A stretch of 64,000 bases of DNA from Pristiophorus japonicus (Eukaryota), in the NCBI RefSeq assembly GCF_044704955.1, contig NC_091992.1, positions 14,198,001 through 14,262,000 of the forward strand. Direction: 5' to 3'. Below the pieces are notes generated by a model. It was given only the letters and a program-made list of their open reading frames with translations, had not been told where the DNA came from and searched no databases. Position numbers and translations under genes: made by a program. Within the stretch, counting starts at the first letter, position 1, and each line of letters opens with the position of its first letter. Shown piece by piece: positions 1 through 12,995 of this stretch.

Positions 1-220
1 AACCAATTTTCAATCCATGCCCCCCAATCCTATGTGCTTTAATTTTGTACACTAACCTCTTTTGTGGGACTTTATCAAAGGCCTTCTGAAAATACAAATA
101 CACTACATCCACTGGTTCTCCCTTATCTATTTTATCAGTTACAACTTCAAAAAACTCCAGTAGGTTTGTCAAACATGATTTTCCTTTCATAAATCCATGT
201 TGACTTTGTTTAATCCCATT
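1..220 (-). mobile_element. CR1 LINE ORF2 (RT) fragment, continues off the left edge
   Basis: Clearly similar to 9120-9290 of the CR1 copy below (ccactggttc..cttatc, tttgtcaaacatgattt.cctttcataaa). Confidence 0.8.
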
Positions 221-1965
221 TTAAGGAGCGTCTTAAAAGAAGGAAAGAGAGGCGGAGAGGTTTGGGGAGGGAGTTCCAGACCTTGGGGCCTAGGTAGCTG
301 AAGGCACGACCACCAATGGTTGAGCAGTTATAATCAGGGATACTCGAGAGCAGGATTTGAGGAGCGCAGAGATCTTGAGGGGGGGGGCGCGGTTGTTGGG
401 CTGAAGGTGATTACTGAGATAGGCAGGGGTGAGGCCATGGAGGGATTTGTAAACAAGGGTGAGAATTCTCAAATCGAGGCGTTGTTTAACCGGGAGCTAA
501 TGTAGGTCGGCGAGCACAGGAGTTGGGTGAGCGGGACTTGGTGCGAGGTAGGACAAGGGTTGCTGAGTTTTGGATGTCCAAGTTTATGTAGGGTAGAATG
601 TGGGAGGCCAGTCAGGAGTGCGTTGGAGTAGTCAAGTCTAGAGGTAACAAAGACCTGGATAAGGGCTTCAGCAACAGAAGAGCTGAGGCAGGGGAAAAAA
701 GACAGGCAATGTTACGAAAGTGGAAATGGGCGGTTTTAGTTATGCCGTGGATATGTAGATGGAAGCTCATTTCGGGGTCAAGTATGACGCCTAGGTTGCG
801 AACAGTCTGGTTCTGCCTCACGCAGATGCTCGGGAGAGGGATGGAAGCGGTGGCTAGGAACGCAGTTTGTGGTGGGGACCAATTTTTAATTGGAGAAAAT
901 TTCTGCTCATCCAGTACTGGATGTCGGACAAGCAATCTGACAATTGAGACCGTGGAGAGGTCGAGAGAAGTGATGGTGAGATAGAGTTGGGTGTCGTCAG
1001 CGTACATATGGAAACTGACGCCGTTTTTTCGGATGATATCACCAAGGGGAAGCATATAGATGAGAAATAAGAGCGGGCCAAGGCTAGATCCTTGGGGTAC
1101 ACCAGCGGTAACGATGTGGGAGTGGGAAGAGAAGCCGTTGCAGTGATTTTCTGGCTACGATTAGATAGATAAGAATGGAACCAGGCGAGTGCAGTCCCAC
1201 CCAGGTCAAAGGCTGCAGGCAGGTCGAGGAAGGATAGTTTACCTTTGTCACAGTCACAAAAGATGTCATTTGTGACTTTGAGAGCCGTTTTGGTACTGTG
1301 GCAGGGGCGGAAACCAGATTGAAGGGATTCAAACATGGAGTTCTGGGAAAGGTGGGCACAGATTTGGGAGCTGACAACAATTTCAAGGACTTGAGAGGAA
1401 AAGGAGGTTGGATGGTGCGGTAGCTTGCAAGCACGGTGGGGTCAAGGTTGTTTTTTTTGAAGAGAGGGGTGATGACGGCTGATTTGAAGGAGGGGTCAGT
1501 ACCTGAGAAGAGAGAACCGTTAACAATGTCAGCTACCAAGGGAGCCAGAAAAGGAAGTTGGGTGGTCAGCAGTTTGGTGGGAATAGGGTCAAGGGAGCAG
1601 GAAGTGGGTCTCATGGATAAGATGAGCGTGGAGGTGTCTTAAGAAGGGAGATTAGAGAGAAACTAGAGAAAGATGTGAGTTCAGGGCTAGGGCAGGGGGG
1701 AACCTCAGAGGAAGATGGGGAATTGGCAGAGGCAGCTGATGGGACAAAGGAGTCCATGCGCTCCTTGTACTTGCAGTTAGTGGTGGAGACAGGGGAGAAG
1801 GGTTTAAGAAAATGGTTAGCAGTAGAGAATAGTAGTCAGGGGCTATTTTTACATTCCAGAATGATCCTGGAATAGTGAGCAGTTTAGACAGATAAGAGTA
1901 GGACCTGATGATGCTTTATGTGGTCCAGCCAGATGGTGAATGGCTATACCAGTTGTCCGTCACAT
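221..1965 (-). mobile_element. L2-clade LINE, decayed RT region
   Basis: Frameshifted ORFs contain [42 protein letters not shown] and [17 protein letters not shown], which are typical L2 ORF2 motifs. Confidence 0.85.
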
Positions 1966-2660
1966 CCGTCCAAGTCCATGAACGAATAAAAAAAAGTCGA
2001 TCTATGACTAGACTATATGCGAGCTAAAAAGGATTGCATTTCATAAATATGAACTTTAACCAGCAATCCAATTGTCTGTAAACCGATTGCCTTTAATATT
2101 TTAGTTCAGTTTAGTGATAAACTATTAAGGGGGGGCTGGGGGAACGAATGCTTCTATGTGCTAAATGAGCCAAGGAAAAATTGAGACAGGAACGAATTAG
2201 ACCCGAACCACACTTCTCGTGTTCTTTTTCAACATATTTATTATAAATCTGGAAGGAAGTGTAATAAATTAATAGTTGAGCTCCTTTTAAGACTGAGAAA
2301 AGCTCAGCTCAGTTCCCAGGATTCTTGAATTAATAGTCCTTTGACGCTGTAGAATAAACTAACCCTGTTAATATGATTGTCTATCCAGTTGGTTCGTTTC
2401 AGTGCGCAGTTTTACTGGTTTAATCAATCTTTTTGGGGCCTGCTGCAAGGACCGGTGGTTTCTTTAAACTGCTCGATCCTCCGCTGTAGCTTGCCTCACA
2501 CCTGTAATTGCAGGTTTGGATCTTGGGCTAAGGATGAAAGAGCAGTTAATTATATCTGAAGACAGGCTGCTTGCTGGGGAGAAGCTAGCGCTGTCAGAGC
2601 GGATAACGAGGCTTGTTAGCACAGGCGCTGGGGGGCACTTAAGCTGCTTGATGTGTTGTG

Positions 2661-2675
2661 AGCGCCCCCTGTTGG
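2661..2675 (-). promoter_or_regulatory. CTCF motif
   Basis: agcgccccctgttgg = CCAACAGGGGGCGCT on the minus strand, a near-consensus CTCF core in non-repetitive sequence. Confidence 0.6.
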
Positions 2676-3684
2676 AAGACTTGAAACGAATTGGCCTTTG
2701 GTTTCCTCTTCAAACACGATGGCCAAATTTTGTAACAGAACAGTATCTGCCAAATCTGATACTTCTCAAATTAACTGTTCCATTTGATGTCATGAATAGC
2801 CCAGAATAAATGGGCCAGAATGTGTATGTAGCAGGGCATCAGTTAGGCTTGTACTCTGCGTCCTTCAGGTCAAAAAAAACTTTGCCCACAAAGTTGCTGA
2901 TAACGGGACAGCGAGGGAATCGGGGCTTCTGGGACCTGAGTGAATAGGGCAAGCAGCAGGGTACTTCCCTTAACCAGTGAGATTTAAACATTGGGAAATA
3001 AACACAGGAAGGACTGAGAAGGAGGGTGCAGTAAAGGGGTGAACTCAACGTCAAATCAGATACAGAAAGAGAGAGGAAAGAAGACTGAATTGAGAGAGCG
3101 AGAAAAGAGTGACAGGAAAGATAAGAAAAACATTTAAAATTATATTTTTTAAATCTCCCCCAAAAATTCAAAACCTGAAGGTGTGAGACTCCACACATGT
3201 AATAATTAATTTTTTGGTGCTAGATAGGTTGATTGGCAGTCATTAACATTAAAAGGGCACTTGCGCTAATAATTACAAGACTTAACTTTCTGCGGCTAGT
3301 TTCAGTGGTCAATTAATGAGCAAATGCAGCAAGTTACAAAAAACGGGGAGGCTAAGGGCGGAATGCCGTTTTCACAAACGGCGGAGCAACACAACTCCAA
3401 CAGCAACTTTTGGGCATTGACATTTAACCGCGCATCTGCTCCTCGCCTGTCATTGTGACGTCATTGTGGTATATTTCTAATGACACCGGTGTCCCTTAGT
3501 TCAGTGTACTGCCATTAATAATAATACTGGAACCACGTGCATGTGCTAGTATACCCAAAATGCTAGTTATCAAACTCACCAATTTTATAGGGCGCTGAAA
3601 CCAAAAAGGGAATTGCAACATCCATAATGGTGGGGCAATTTTGGAGACTTGTCCAGTGCATGGTGCCGTTTGAGAATGGACACA

Positions 3685-4045
3685 GGAAAATTAGGAACAC
3701 GAGTAGGTCACTCAGTCCCTTGGGTTTATTCCACCATTCAGTTAGATCATGGCTGATCTGCACCTCGGATCCAATTCTTGCCTTTGCTTCTTTCCTTAAC
3801 ATTAATCTATCAATCTCAGCCTTGAAAGAAAAGAAAGCCTAGCATTTATATAGCACCTTTCACGACCACCGGACGTCTCAAAGCACTTTTACAGCCAATG
3901 AAATACTTTTGGAGTGTAGTCACTGTTGTAATGTGGGACATGCTTCAACAGTCCTAGGATCCACAGCCTATTCCCACAGGGTGAGAACATTCCAAATGTC
4001 TAGCATTCTTTGTGTGGAGAAAGTGCGTCCTGATTTTTCTCCTCC
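3685..4045 (-). mobile_element. Old CR1 3' fragment interrupted by a Deu-SINE tail (~3825-3940)
   Basis: ccaccattcagttagatcatggctgatctg matches the CR1 3' end; gaaagaaaag..gcatttatatagcacc matches the SINE tail. Confidence 0.65.
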
Positions 4046-4517
4046 ATTATTTAGTGTAAAAGATTCCTGCTTTTAGGCAAAAGAGAACAGGTAATTTGGT
4101 TACTCATTGGTGCTTAAGGTTTTCCTTGATGCAGTCATCTGTGCCTTCCTGGTTTAAAGCGGCTAGTATCATTCATTTTTAAAAATTGTTCTTGGGATGT
4201 GGGCGACAGTGGCTATACGTATTTATTGCCCATCCCCAGTTGTCCTTAGAAGATGAAGAAGAGCCTTCTCCTAGAACTGCTGCATTCCTTGGAGTGATGA
4301 TGCTGACCATTGCAGGGACAGGCCCCTAGTCAGCAATGTCAGTGTTCTGTGGGCTCACCTATTGCAAGTTGTGAGTATAGTTTGTTCCGGGGTAATCTCT
4401 GCAGACCCAAGCAGCACAACCTAGGACTTAGTGGATCTAATGATGCATTTACATTGCAATTCCCGGTTTCAGATCTGCAGTGTGGGTTCCAGCCATACTC
4501 TGTTCCCTCTATTTCAT

Positions 4518-4850
4518 CCGTCTTTCAGATGAGACGTTAAACCGAGGCCCCGTCGGCTCTCTCAGGTGGACATAAAAGAACCGCCAGCACTATTTTGAAG
4601 GTCAGGGGAGTTATCCCCGGCGTCCTGGCCAATGTTTATCGCTCAATCAACATCACTAAAAAAACAGATTATCTGGTCATTATCACATTGCTGATTGTGG
4701 GAGCTTGCTGTGCACAAATTGGCGGCCGCGTTTCCCACATTACAAGTGACTACACTCAAAGTATTTCATTGGCTTTAAAGCACTTTGGGACGTCCGGTGG
4801 TCATGAAAGGTGCTATAAAAATGCAAGTTTTTCTTGCTTTCTTTCTATCT
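4518..4850 (+). mobile_element. Deu-domain SINE (SacSINE1-like), 5'-truncated
   Basis: gatgagacgttaaaccgaggcccc core and gctataaaaatgcaagt tail, shared with more than 10 copies in this window. Confidence 0.8.
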
Positions 4851-6381
4851 GTCTGTAGCTCAGATTCTTCGGCCCAGGAGAGGTTTGTTGAAGCAAAGTT
4901 TCTCCTGCGACAGTTAAATTGCAAATGTTTGCAGAGTGCGGGCTGCACCTTTATATTGTGTAAACATTTAAATTACTGTAGGTAGATTTTAAAAGCATCC
5001 AAGAGCACTTGTTACACCCAATTTGTCACCTCATTGGAGTCAAGTACCCGTGGTGTCAATTTGAAGTGGTGAGACACAAGGTGTCTTGCACCGCCCTTCC
5101 CCGCCCCCTCCAACGCAGTGAAGCCAAGGTTAGGCTCTAAGCTCTAGATTTACACTAATCCAAAGCCAAACAGCTGGCGCCCATGCTAAAGCTGCAGTGT
5201 TAAAGCACCCTACTGGTACAGAAATTTCCATTACACTGAGCTCCAACAGTGTCTCTTACCGGCAGCCCAGATCATCAGGTTGGCATTCCCTGTGAATAGA
5301 ATTGACCATAACCATGCACTGAAAGTAACAGGATTTCATCCCAAGGCACATTCAACATGAATAGCTTCAAACTAGAAGATTATACAGGCTAACAGCTCAG
5401 TAGACACTGATGTGCACTCAAGTCCTGCAATCTTAAGAGCATTAGAACAGTAATGCCACACAGCTTCTTAAAGGACCACACATATAATTGCCTATTAAAA
5501 GCCATGGGGGGGACGTGCTGTTCTTAAATAATCAACCTCCAATTAATTACCCATACTTTGCTCTCCTATTATTTTAGTCTAGGATTTATGGATAGTTGGG
5601 TGTAATTAGCTGCAATTTGAGACTTCAGATATTAAAACTCTGAAGCAAAATCTGAGTGGCTTATGAATGCCCTGTCCTTTTCAATTTCTCTCTTTCTTCC
5701 CTTGCAAATGTTGGTCCTTCCTGCAGCCACCTAATCTTCAATTCTGACGGTAGGATGGTGAAGCTGTACAATTAGTCCAATAAACCTGGTCAACATAGTA
5801 TGAAACCAGGACCTGCTCCAGCTTCAATATACTATAAAAGTATGGTATTTATATCTTTAGAAATGACTCTGGCTGCTCAATCCAACAAAAGGCATCATCA
5901 AATGTTACAAGGCAACCTATGCCCATTTTCCCCACTCCCAATGCTCTGGCCAAAGATTGGTGAAAATTGGACATCAGACTGGTCTTGAGACTTTGAGGCA
6001 GGAGGTAAACATTCTAACATCTCCTTCAACCTAGCCTAATTCTACAGGCATTTTGATTAAAATCCATATTCAGATATTCAAATCGATTGATGGAGATTGG
6101 CCATGGTGGTATCTCTGCCTCGTTCTCACTGATCCTGAGTTACCCAGATATTTCTGTTTATAACAAGGAGAATAATTTCATATGTGGTTGTGGCCTATTT
6201 ACACCGGACATTTAACAATATTATAGTTAAAGAAAAACATCAGGTTCCAAATAAATTTTCAAATGCACCCAACACTCGTCCGTTTTCTAGTTCCCGGCTC
6301 CCATTTGTCTCTCGAAGTCGTGCTGCTTGTGACTCAATCAGCTTGTATGTTGAAACTAAGCTACGCTAGAAGTGGCCGTGA

Positions 6382-6821
6382 TTTTTTTTTTGTTTTTATT
6401 CGTTTACGGGATGTGGGAGTCACTGGCAAGGCCAGCGTTTATTGCACATCCCTAATTGCCCTTGAAGGTGAGCCACTTTCTTAAACCAGTGCAGTCCATG
6501 TGGTGCAGCTCTTTGTAGCGGTTTGGTACAACTGAGTGGCTCACTAGGCCATTTCAGAGGGTTGTTCAGAGTCAACCACCTTGCTGTGGGTCTGGAGTCA
6601 CATATAGGCCAGACCAGGCAAGGGCATTAGTGAACCAGATGGGTTTTTATGACAATCCGGTAGTTTCATAACCACCATTACTGACACTAGCTTTATATTC
6701 CAGATTTATTTAATTAACTGAATTTAAATTCCACAGCTGCCATGGTGGGATTTGAACACACCCATAAGACCAGGCCTCTGGATTACTAGTCTAGTAGCAT
6801 AATCACTATGCTATCGTACCC
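6382..6821 (-). mobile_element. tRNA-derived SINE, second family
   Basis: Minus strand starts gggtacgatagcatagtg (A-box-like), has gttcaaatccc (B box) and an A-rich tail; sister copy at 29535-29950. Confidence 0.75.
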
Positions 6822-6872
6822 GCGTAAAAGGTTTTGGGAACATTTGCAATCGTCCGCTGAAAGTAAATAAAA

Positions 6873-9800
6873 TATAAGAACATAAAAAATAGGAGCAGGC
6901 GTAGGCCATTTGGCCCCTTGAGCCTGCTCCGCCATTCAATAAGATCATGGCTGATCTGATCATGGACTCGGCTCCACTTCCCTGCTCGCTCCCCATAACC
7001 CCTTTACTCCCTTATCGCTCAAAAATCTGTCTATCTCCGCCTTAAATATATTCAATGACCCAGCCTCCACAGCTCTCTGGGGCAGAGAATTCCATAGATT
7101 TACAACCCTCAGAGAGAAGAAATTCCTCCTCATCTCAGTTTTAAATGGGCGACCCCTTAGTCTGAGACCTTAGGCCCAACATTGCCCAAGCTGTTTTTCG
7201 GCGCACTAACCTGAAGCGTGCCAACTTTGCATGCTGGGAAGGGCGCCAGAAAAAAGGGGCCCCATCCTGGCCGCTCTTCGGAGTCGTGGCATGGCATGCA
7301 GTTTATGGGGGGCACGGAGCAATAGGCCAGTGCAGCAAGCACTGCCGGCACCTGCGCGTATGCTCAGTGAGGGTTGCGCGCATGCTCCTGCCCTCCCAGC
7401 GCGTCCTGTGGGCTGTGAACAGGTCCCGATGCTCAGCCCCTATCCCCAGCCGAAGGGATGCCTGATCTCGCCGCACCTTAACCCCGTCCGAGTGGCCTCC
7501 CGCACCGGCCGGCCGGCTGAGTTCCCGGGCGTGGTAGGACTTCGGTTCTATTTTTTATTTAGTGGCTATGCTTGAGATTTTTGATTTGGAGGAGGGAGGA
7601 GAGGAGAGGAGAGGAGAGTTTTGGGGGTGGAGGAGGCGAGTGTATTGGGGGGAAGAGGAGGCGAGTGTATTGGGGAGAAGAGGAGGAGAATGTATGGGGG
7701 GAAGGAGGAAAGTGTTTTTCGGGGGAGGAGGAGAGTTTTGGGGGAGGAAAGAGAGAGTGTTTTGGGGGGGTGAGGGACAAAGTGCTTTGTATACCAACGT
7801 GCCTCTCTTTCTCTCTTTTTATCTCTCTGGCTACTCCCCACTTCTTTCCCCCCCCCCACCCCCGGTGACATCGCGGCCAGCAGTTCTCATTTCTCCGGTA
7901 GGATTTACTTTACTTTTATTAGTATTTTAATTGTTTGAGATTTTCCTTGCAATGTTTGGTGCTTGGTTATTGAGGTCCTCTCCAATTCCCTTCCCTCCCC
8001 TATCCCTGCCCTAATGTCTACCTATTGTGCGCTGCTTTTTCTTCACTGCCTGCAAAGTTTTTCAGAGCTGGCCACATATGCTAAACTAAGTGGATTTGGA
8101 GTAAGTTTTTGCTGGCCAAAGTGGCATAAATGGCCAAAACTGGTGTAAGTGTCTGGGAACGCCTCCTTTTGAGAAAAAAAACTGACCTAAAAAAAATTGT
8201 ACCTAACTGACTTAATCTGGAGCAAATTTTGGGGGGGGAAATGGCATTTTTTAACTTATGCCAGAAAAAACAACTTACTCCAAAAAAATGGATGCAAGTC
8301 ATGGCTAAAATTAGGCCTGATGAGTGGAAATATCCTCTTTGTCGAGCCCCCTCATTATCTTATATGTTTTGATAAGATCACACCTCATTCTTCTGAACTC
8401 CAATATGTATAGGCCCAACCTACTCAACCTATCTTCATAAGTCAACCCCCTCATCGCCGGAATCAACCTAGTGAACCTTCTCTGAACAGCCTCCAATGCA
8501 AGTATTATCCTTCCTTAAATACGGAGATCAAAACTGTACGCAGTACTCCTGGTGTGGCCTCACCAATACCCTGTACAGTTGTAGCAGGACTTCTCTGCTT
8601 TTAAATTCTACCCCCCTTGCAATAAAGGCCAACATTCCATTTGCCTTCCTGATTACTTGCTATACCTGCATACTAACTTTTTGTGTTTCATGCATAAGAA
8701 CCCCCCAGGTCCCTCTGTACTGCAGCACTTTTTAATTTTTCTCCATTTAACTTATAATTGCTTTCCTATTTCTTCTGCCAAAGTGGATAACCTCACATTT
8801 TCCCACATTATAATCCATCTGCCAAATTTTTGCCAACTCACTTAGCCTGTATATATCCCTTGGCAGATTTTTTGTGTCCTCCTCACAACTTACTTTCCCA
8901 CCCATCTGTGTATCATCAGCAAACTTGGCTACATTACACTCAGTCCCTTCATCCAAGTCATTAATATAGATTGTAAATAGTTGAGGACCCAGCATCGATC
9001 CCTGCAGCACCCCACTAGTTACTGTTTGCCAACCGGAAAATGACCCATTTATCCCAACTCTCTGTTTTCTGTTAGTTAGCCAATCCATGTTAATATATTA
9101 CTCCCAACCCTGTGAACTTTTATCTTGTGCAGTAACCTTTTATGTGGCACCTTATCGAATGCCTTCTGGAAATCCAAATACACCACATCCACTGGTTCCC
9201 CCTTATCCACCCTATTCGATACATCCTCAAAGAACTCTAGCAAATTTGTCAAACATGATTTCCCTTTCATAAAACCACGCTGACTCTGCTTGATTGAATT
9301 ATGCTTTTCCAAATGTCCCGTTACTGCTTCCTTAATAATGAACTCCAGCATTTTCCCAACGACAGATGTTATACTAACTAGTCTACAGTTTCCTGCTTTT
9401 TGTCTGCCTCCTTTTTTAAATAGGGGTGTTATATTTGCGTTTTTCCAATCCGCTGGGACTTCCCCAGAATCCATGGAATCTTGGTAGATTACAACCAATG
9501 CATCCACTATGTCTGCAGCCACTTCTTTTAAGACCCCAGGATGTAAGCCATCAGGTCCAGGGGTCTTGTCTGCTTTTAATCCCATTATTTTACCGAGTAC
9601 TACTACATTAGTGATAGTGATTCCTCCCTTTGCCCCCTTGATTATCCACTATTGGGATATTTTTTGTGTCTTCTACCATGAAGACCAATACAAAATATTT
9701 GTTCAATGTCTTTGCCATTTTCCTAATCTCCATTATTAATTCCCCAGTCTCATCCTCTAGGGGACCAACATTTACTTAATCCACTCTTTTCCTTTTTAGG

Positions 9801-10990
9801 TACCTGGAGAAACTTAACTATCTGTTTTTATATTTCGTGCTAGTTTACTTTCAAAATCTATCTTCCCTCTTATTTTTTAATCATTCTTTGCTGGCTTTTA
9901 AAAGTTTCCCAATCCTCTGGCCTCCCACTAATCTTGGCCAACTTGTATGCCCTTGTTTTCAATTTGATACCATTCCTTATTTCCTTAGTTAGCCACGGAT
10001 AGTTATCCCTTCTCTTACAGTCTTTTCTTTTCATTGGGATATATTTTGTTGCGAGTTATGAAATAGCTAGTTAAATGTCTGCCACTGCTCATCAACCGTC
10101 CGTACTTTAATCTATTTTCATAGTCCACTTTAGTCAACAACGAGAGTACCTTTGTAGTCTCCTTTATTTAAGCTTAGGACATTGGTTTAAGAACCAACTT
10201 TCTCACCCTCCAACTGAATTTGAAATTCAGCCATGTTATGGCCACTCATTCCTAGAGGATCCTTTACTAGGAGATCATTTATTAATCCTGTCTCATTACA
10301 CAGTACCAGATCTAAGATAGCCTGCTCTCTGGTTGGTTCAGCAACGTGCTGTTCAAGGAAACTCTTCAAGTCTACCCTGGCCAATTTGCTTTGTCCATTC
10401 AATATGAAGGTTAAAATCACCTATGATTATTGCTGTTCCTTTATTACAAGCCTCCATTATTGCTTGATTTATACTCCGTCCAACAATGTAGCTACGTCCA
10501 CCAATGACTTTTCCCCTTGTTATTCCTTATCTCCACCCAAACTGATTCAACATTTTGATCTTTTGAGTCAATATCGTTTCTCACTAATGCACTGATCTCA
10601 TATCCTTTATTAACAGTGCTACCCCAGCTCCTTTTCCGCTCTGTCTGTCCTTCCGAATTGTCAAATACCTCTGAATATTTAGTTCCCAGTCCTGGTCACC
10701 TTGCAACCACGTCTCTGTAATGGCTATTAGATCATACCCATTTGTATCTATTTGTGCCATCAACTCATCTACTTTGTTACGAATGCTACGTGCATTCAGA
10801 TAAAGGGCTTTTAAATTTGTTTTTTTACCATTTTTTTCCTGCTTTGACCCCACTTTCTGATTCACCTTTGTTTCTACATTCTGTCCCTTCCTGGCATGCT
10901 GTGGTTTTCATTTCCCCCAGTGCTACCCTGATCTTGATGCCTTCTCCTTATTTGTTGACTTTTAAAATTTTCGCTCACTTCAATCCTCCC
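6873..10990 (-). mobile_element. CR1 LINE with near-complete decayed ORF2 (APE endonuclease + RT), interrupted by a MITE
   Basis: YLNARSIRNKVDEL..DLIAITETWL (EN), PGPDGLHP, VYLDFQKAFDKVPH, KFADDT, CEVIHFG (RT); 3' tail tatgttcttat. Confidence 0.92.
7173..8317. mobile_element. Harbinger-type non-autonomous element (MITE) inserted in CR1
   Basis: Imperfect TIRs ggcccaacattgccca / tggctaaaattaggcc with flanks tta/tga. The right subterminal region (8170-8240) is similar to the reverse complement of the Harbinger left end (14585-14650). Internal purine-rich tandem array at ~7590-7780. Confidence 0.7.
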
Positions 10991-11344
10991 CCCTACTAAC
11001 CGTCCTCTGATTACACCGAGAGCAATGCACGAACCCAATGGGTGGATGGGGCTGGTATTGTTTGTGCTGGTGCACTGTCCCACTAATTCTGTGCATGCAC
11101 ACATCCATGGGGTCCCATCTGCAACAGTTGGAGTTGGGACAGTCGAAGAGGAGAAAGGCTGAAAGGGGGGAATGGGAATAGGAACATATCATTTGCTTTG
11201 TGAGGCTTCAGATTATGCGCCCACTGGTAAGTGGTCACTCAGCATTGGGGTGAGTGAGAGCACCTCCTGAAGTGGCTCTGGTCAACATATCTTAAGCTGG
11301 AACTCTGCACAACTTCTCTCTTACACTCAGCTGCTGGATTTTCA

Positions 11345-11520
11345 TATAACAACAACAACTTGTATTTGTATAGTGCCCTTATCGTAGTGAAATGTCCCAA
11401 GGCGCTTCACAGGCGTATTATGAGACAAAAAATTATTTGACACCGATCCGCATGAGGAGAAATTAGGGCAGGTGACCAAAAGCTTGGTCAAAAGAGGTAG
11501 GTTTTAAGGAGTGTCTTTAG
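11345..11520 (-). mobile_element. L2 3'-end fragment
   Basis: (aac)n tail, ttgtatttgtatagtgcc and gaccaaaagcttggtcaaaagaggtaggttttaagga. Confidence 0.7.
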
Positions 11521-11999
11521 CGTCAAAAGTGATAGGAAGCCATAATCCATAGAGCTAATTTTTCAAATAAGTAAGAAAGCATCCACCTTGAAATATATTT
11601 TTTATTGTGCATATGAAATTATAAAAATGAATTGTTACTGGGAGCCAGAAGTTGGAATGCTGTTCTATAAATTAAAATTCAGAGCCTAGAGTTTACCTTT
11701 ATACAAAAAATATAAAGGACTTTATTAGGGTACATGTAGTGCTTTAATGTTCTTAATTATACTGCGTAGGCAATCTGCCCACCTTTCTTCATTGGTGATT
11801 GCAACCTTAAATGTTTAATTTGCGGGCACTAAATTACAGTGGGGGGGGGCGGGTTGGAAATAAAAGGAAATGTTTGTAGGGCAACTGGGAGAAGAGCAGA
11901 GAAGTAGGACTAATTGAATATACTTTCAAAGAGCCAGAACAGGCACACTGGGCCAAATGGCCACCTTCTGTGCTGTATGCATCTTCCACCCCCTCAATT

Positions 12000-12096
12000 G
12001 GAGTTCAGGACTGGAACATTGGGTCCTTCATTGAAACATATGTGTACTCTCGTGGAAGCAAGTCATCCTCGTTCAAGGGACCGCCGATGATGATGA
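12000..12096 (+). mobile_element. RTE-type 3' tail fragment
   Basis: gtggaagcaagtcatcctcg..gggaccgcc followed by a (gat)n tail. Confidence 0.65.
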
Positions 12097-12215
12097 TTCT
12101 ATAAAGAGAATATCCCTCCCCTCCCCACCCCAGCTCATGCTGGGCTACAGTAGCGTGGTACTTTGCACAAAAAGAATTACTCACATTTCAAAGCACAGCA
12201 CAAAATTGTGGTGTG

Positions 12216-12445
12216 TCATCATCATGGGCAGTCCCTCAGAATCGAGGAAAACTTGCTTTCACTCCTGAAGTGAGTCCTTAGGTGGCTGACAGTCCAATAC
12301 GAGAGCCACAGACTCTGTCACAGGTGGAACAGATAGTCGTTGTGGGAAGGGGAGGGTGGGACTGGTTTGCCGCACGCTCTTTCCGCTGTCTGCGCTTGAT
12401 TTCTGCATGCTCTCAGCGATGAGATTCGAGGTGCTCAGCGCCCCC
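12216..12445 (-). mobile_element. RTE LINE 3' fragment
   Basis: (tca)n tail and the C-terminal CPTCDR zinc-finger coding region, homologous to 35010-35240. Confidence 0.8.
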
Positions 12446-12572
12446 TCAGGTTCGCTGGAGGCTGACATGGAAGTTTTGCAATAATTTCCCATGTTTGTTA
12501 ACTTTTGAATTAATGATCAGTTTCAGTGGGTCAGATCCTCTCTGAAGGAATATTAGTGGCGTCGCCCCTTTA

Positions 12573-12995
12573 GTGTCAGCTGTGGCTCAGTGGGCCGCAC
12601 TCTCGCCTCTGGGTCAGGAGGTTGTGGGTTCAAGACTTGAGCACAAAAAAATCTCTGCTGTTGGAGGTGCCGTCTTTTGGATGAGACTTTAAACCGAGGT
12701 CCCGTCTGCCCTCTCCAGTGAATGTAAAAGATCCCATGGCACTATTTCGAAGAAGAGCAGGGGAGTTATCCGCGGTGTCCTGGCCAATATTTATGCCCCA
12801 ATCAACATAACATTTTTAAAAAACAGATTATCTGGTCATTATCACGTTGCTGTTTGTGGGAGCTTGTTTGTGCCGCGTTTCCTACATTACAAAAGTGACT
12901 ACACTCCAAAAGTACTTCATTGGCTGTACAGCGCTTTGACACGTCCGATGCTTGTGAAAGGCGCTATATAAATCCAAGTCTTTCTTTCTTTCTTT
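12573..12995 (+). mobile_element. Deu-domain SINE, near full length
   Basis: tRNA head (gtggctcagtgg A box, gggttcaag B box), Deu core and (tttc)n tail. Confidence 0.85.

Noticed and set aside
2812-3460. Possible non-autonomous DNA transposon starting gggccagaa
   Set aside because: The internal sequence looks repeat-like, but no matching right TIR or TSD could be identified.
7555-7930. Overlapping Pro/Gly/Glu-rich ORFs (also 57834-58349)
   Set aside because: Low-complexity purine/pyrimidine tracts lack stops by composition, and there is no domain or splice support.
8317-8330. ctgatgagtggaaa as a hammerhead core
   Set aside because: No stem II; the string arises at the MITE/CR1 junction.
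12573-12645. tRNA genes at SINE heads
   Set aside because: A/B boxes are present, but they run straight into the SINE body with no complete cloverleaf.
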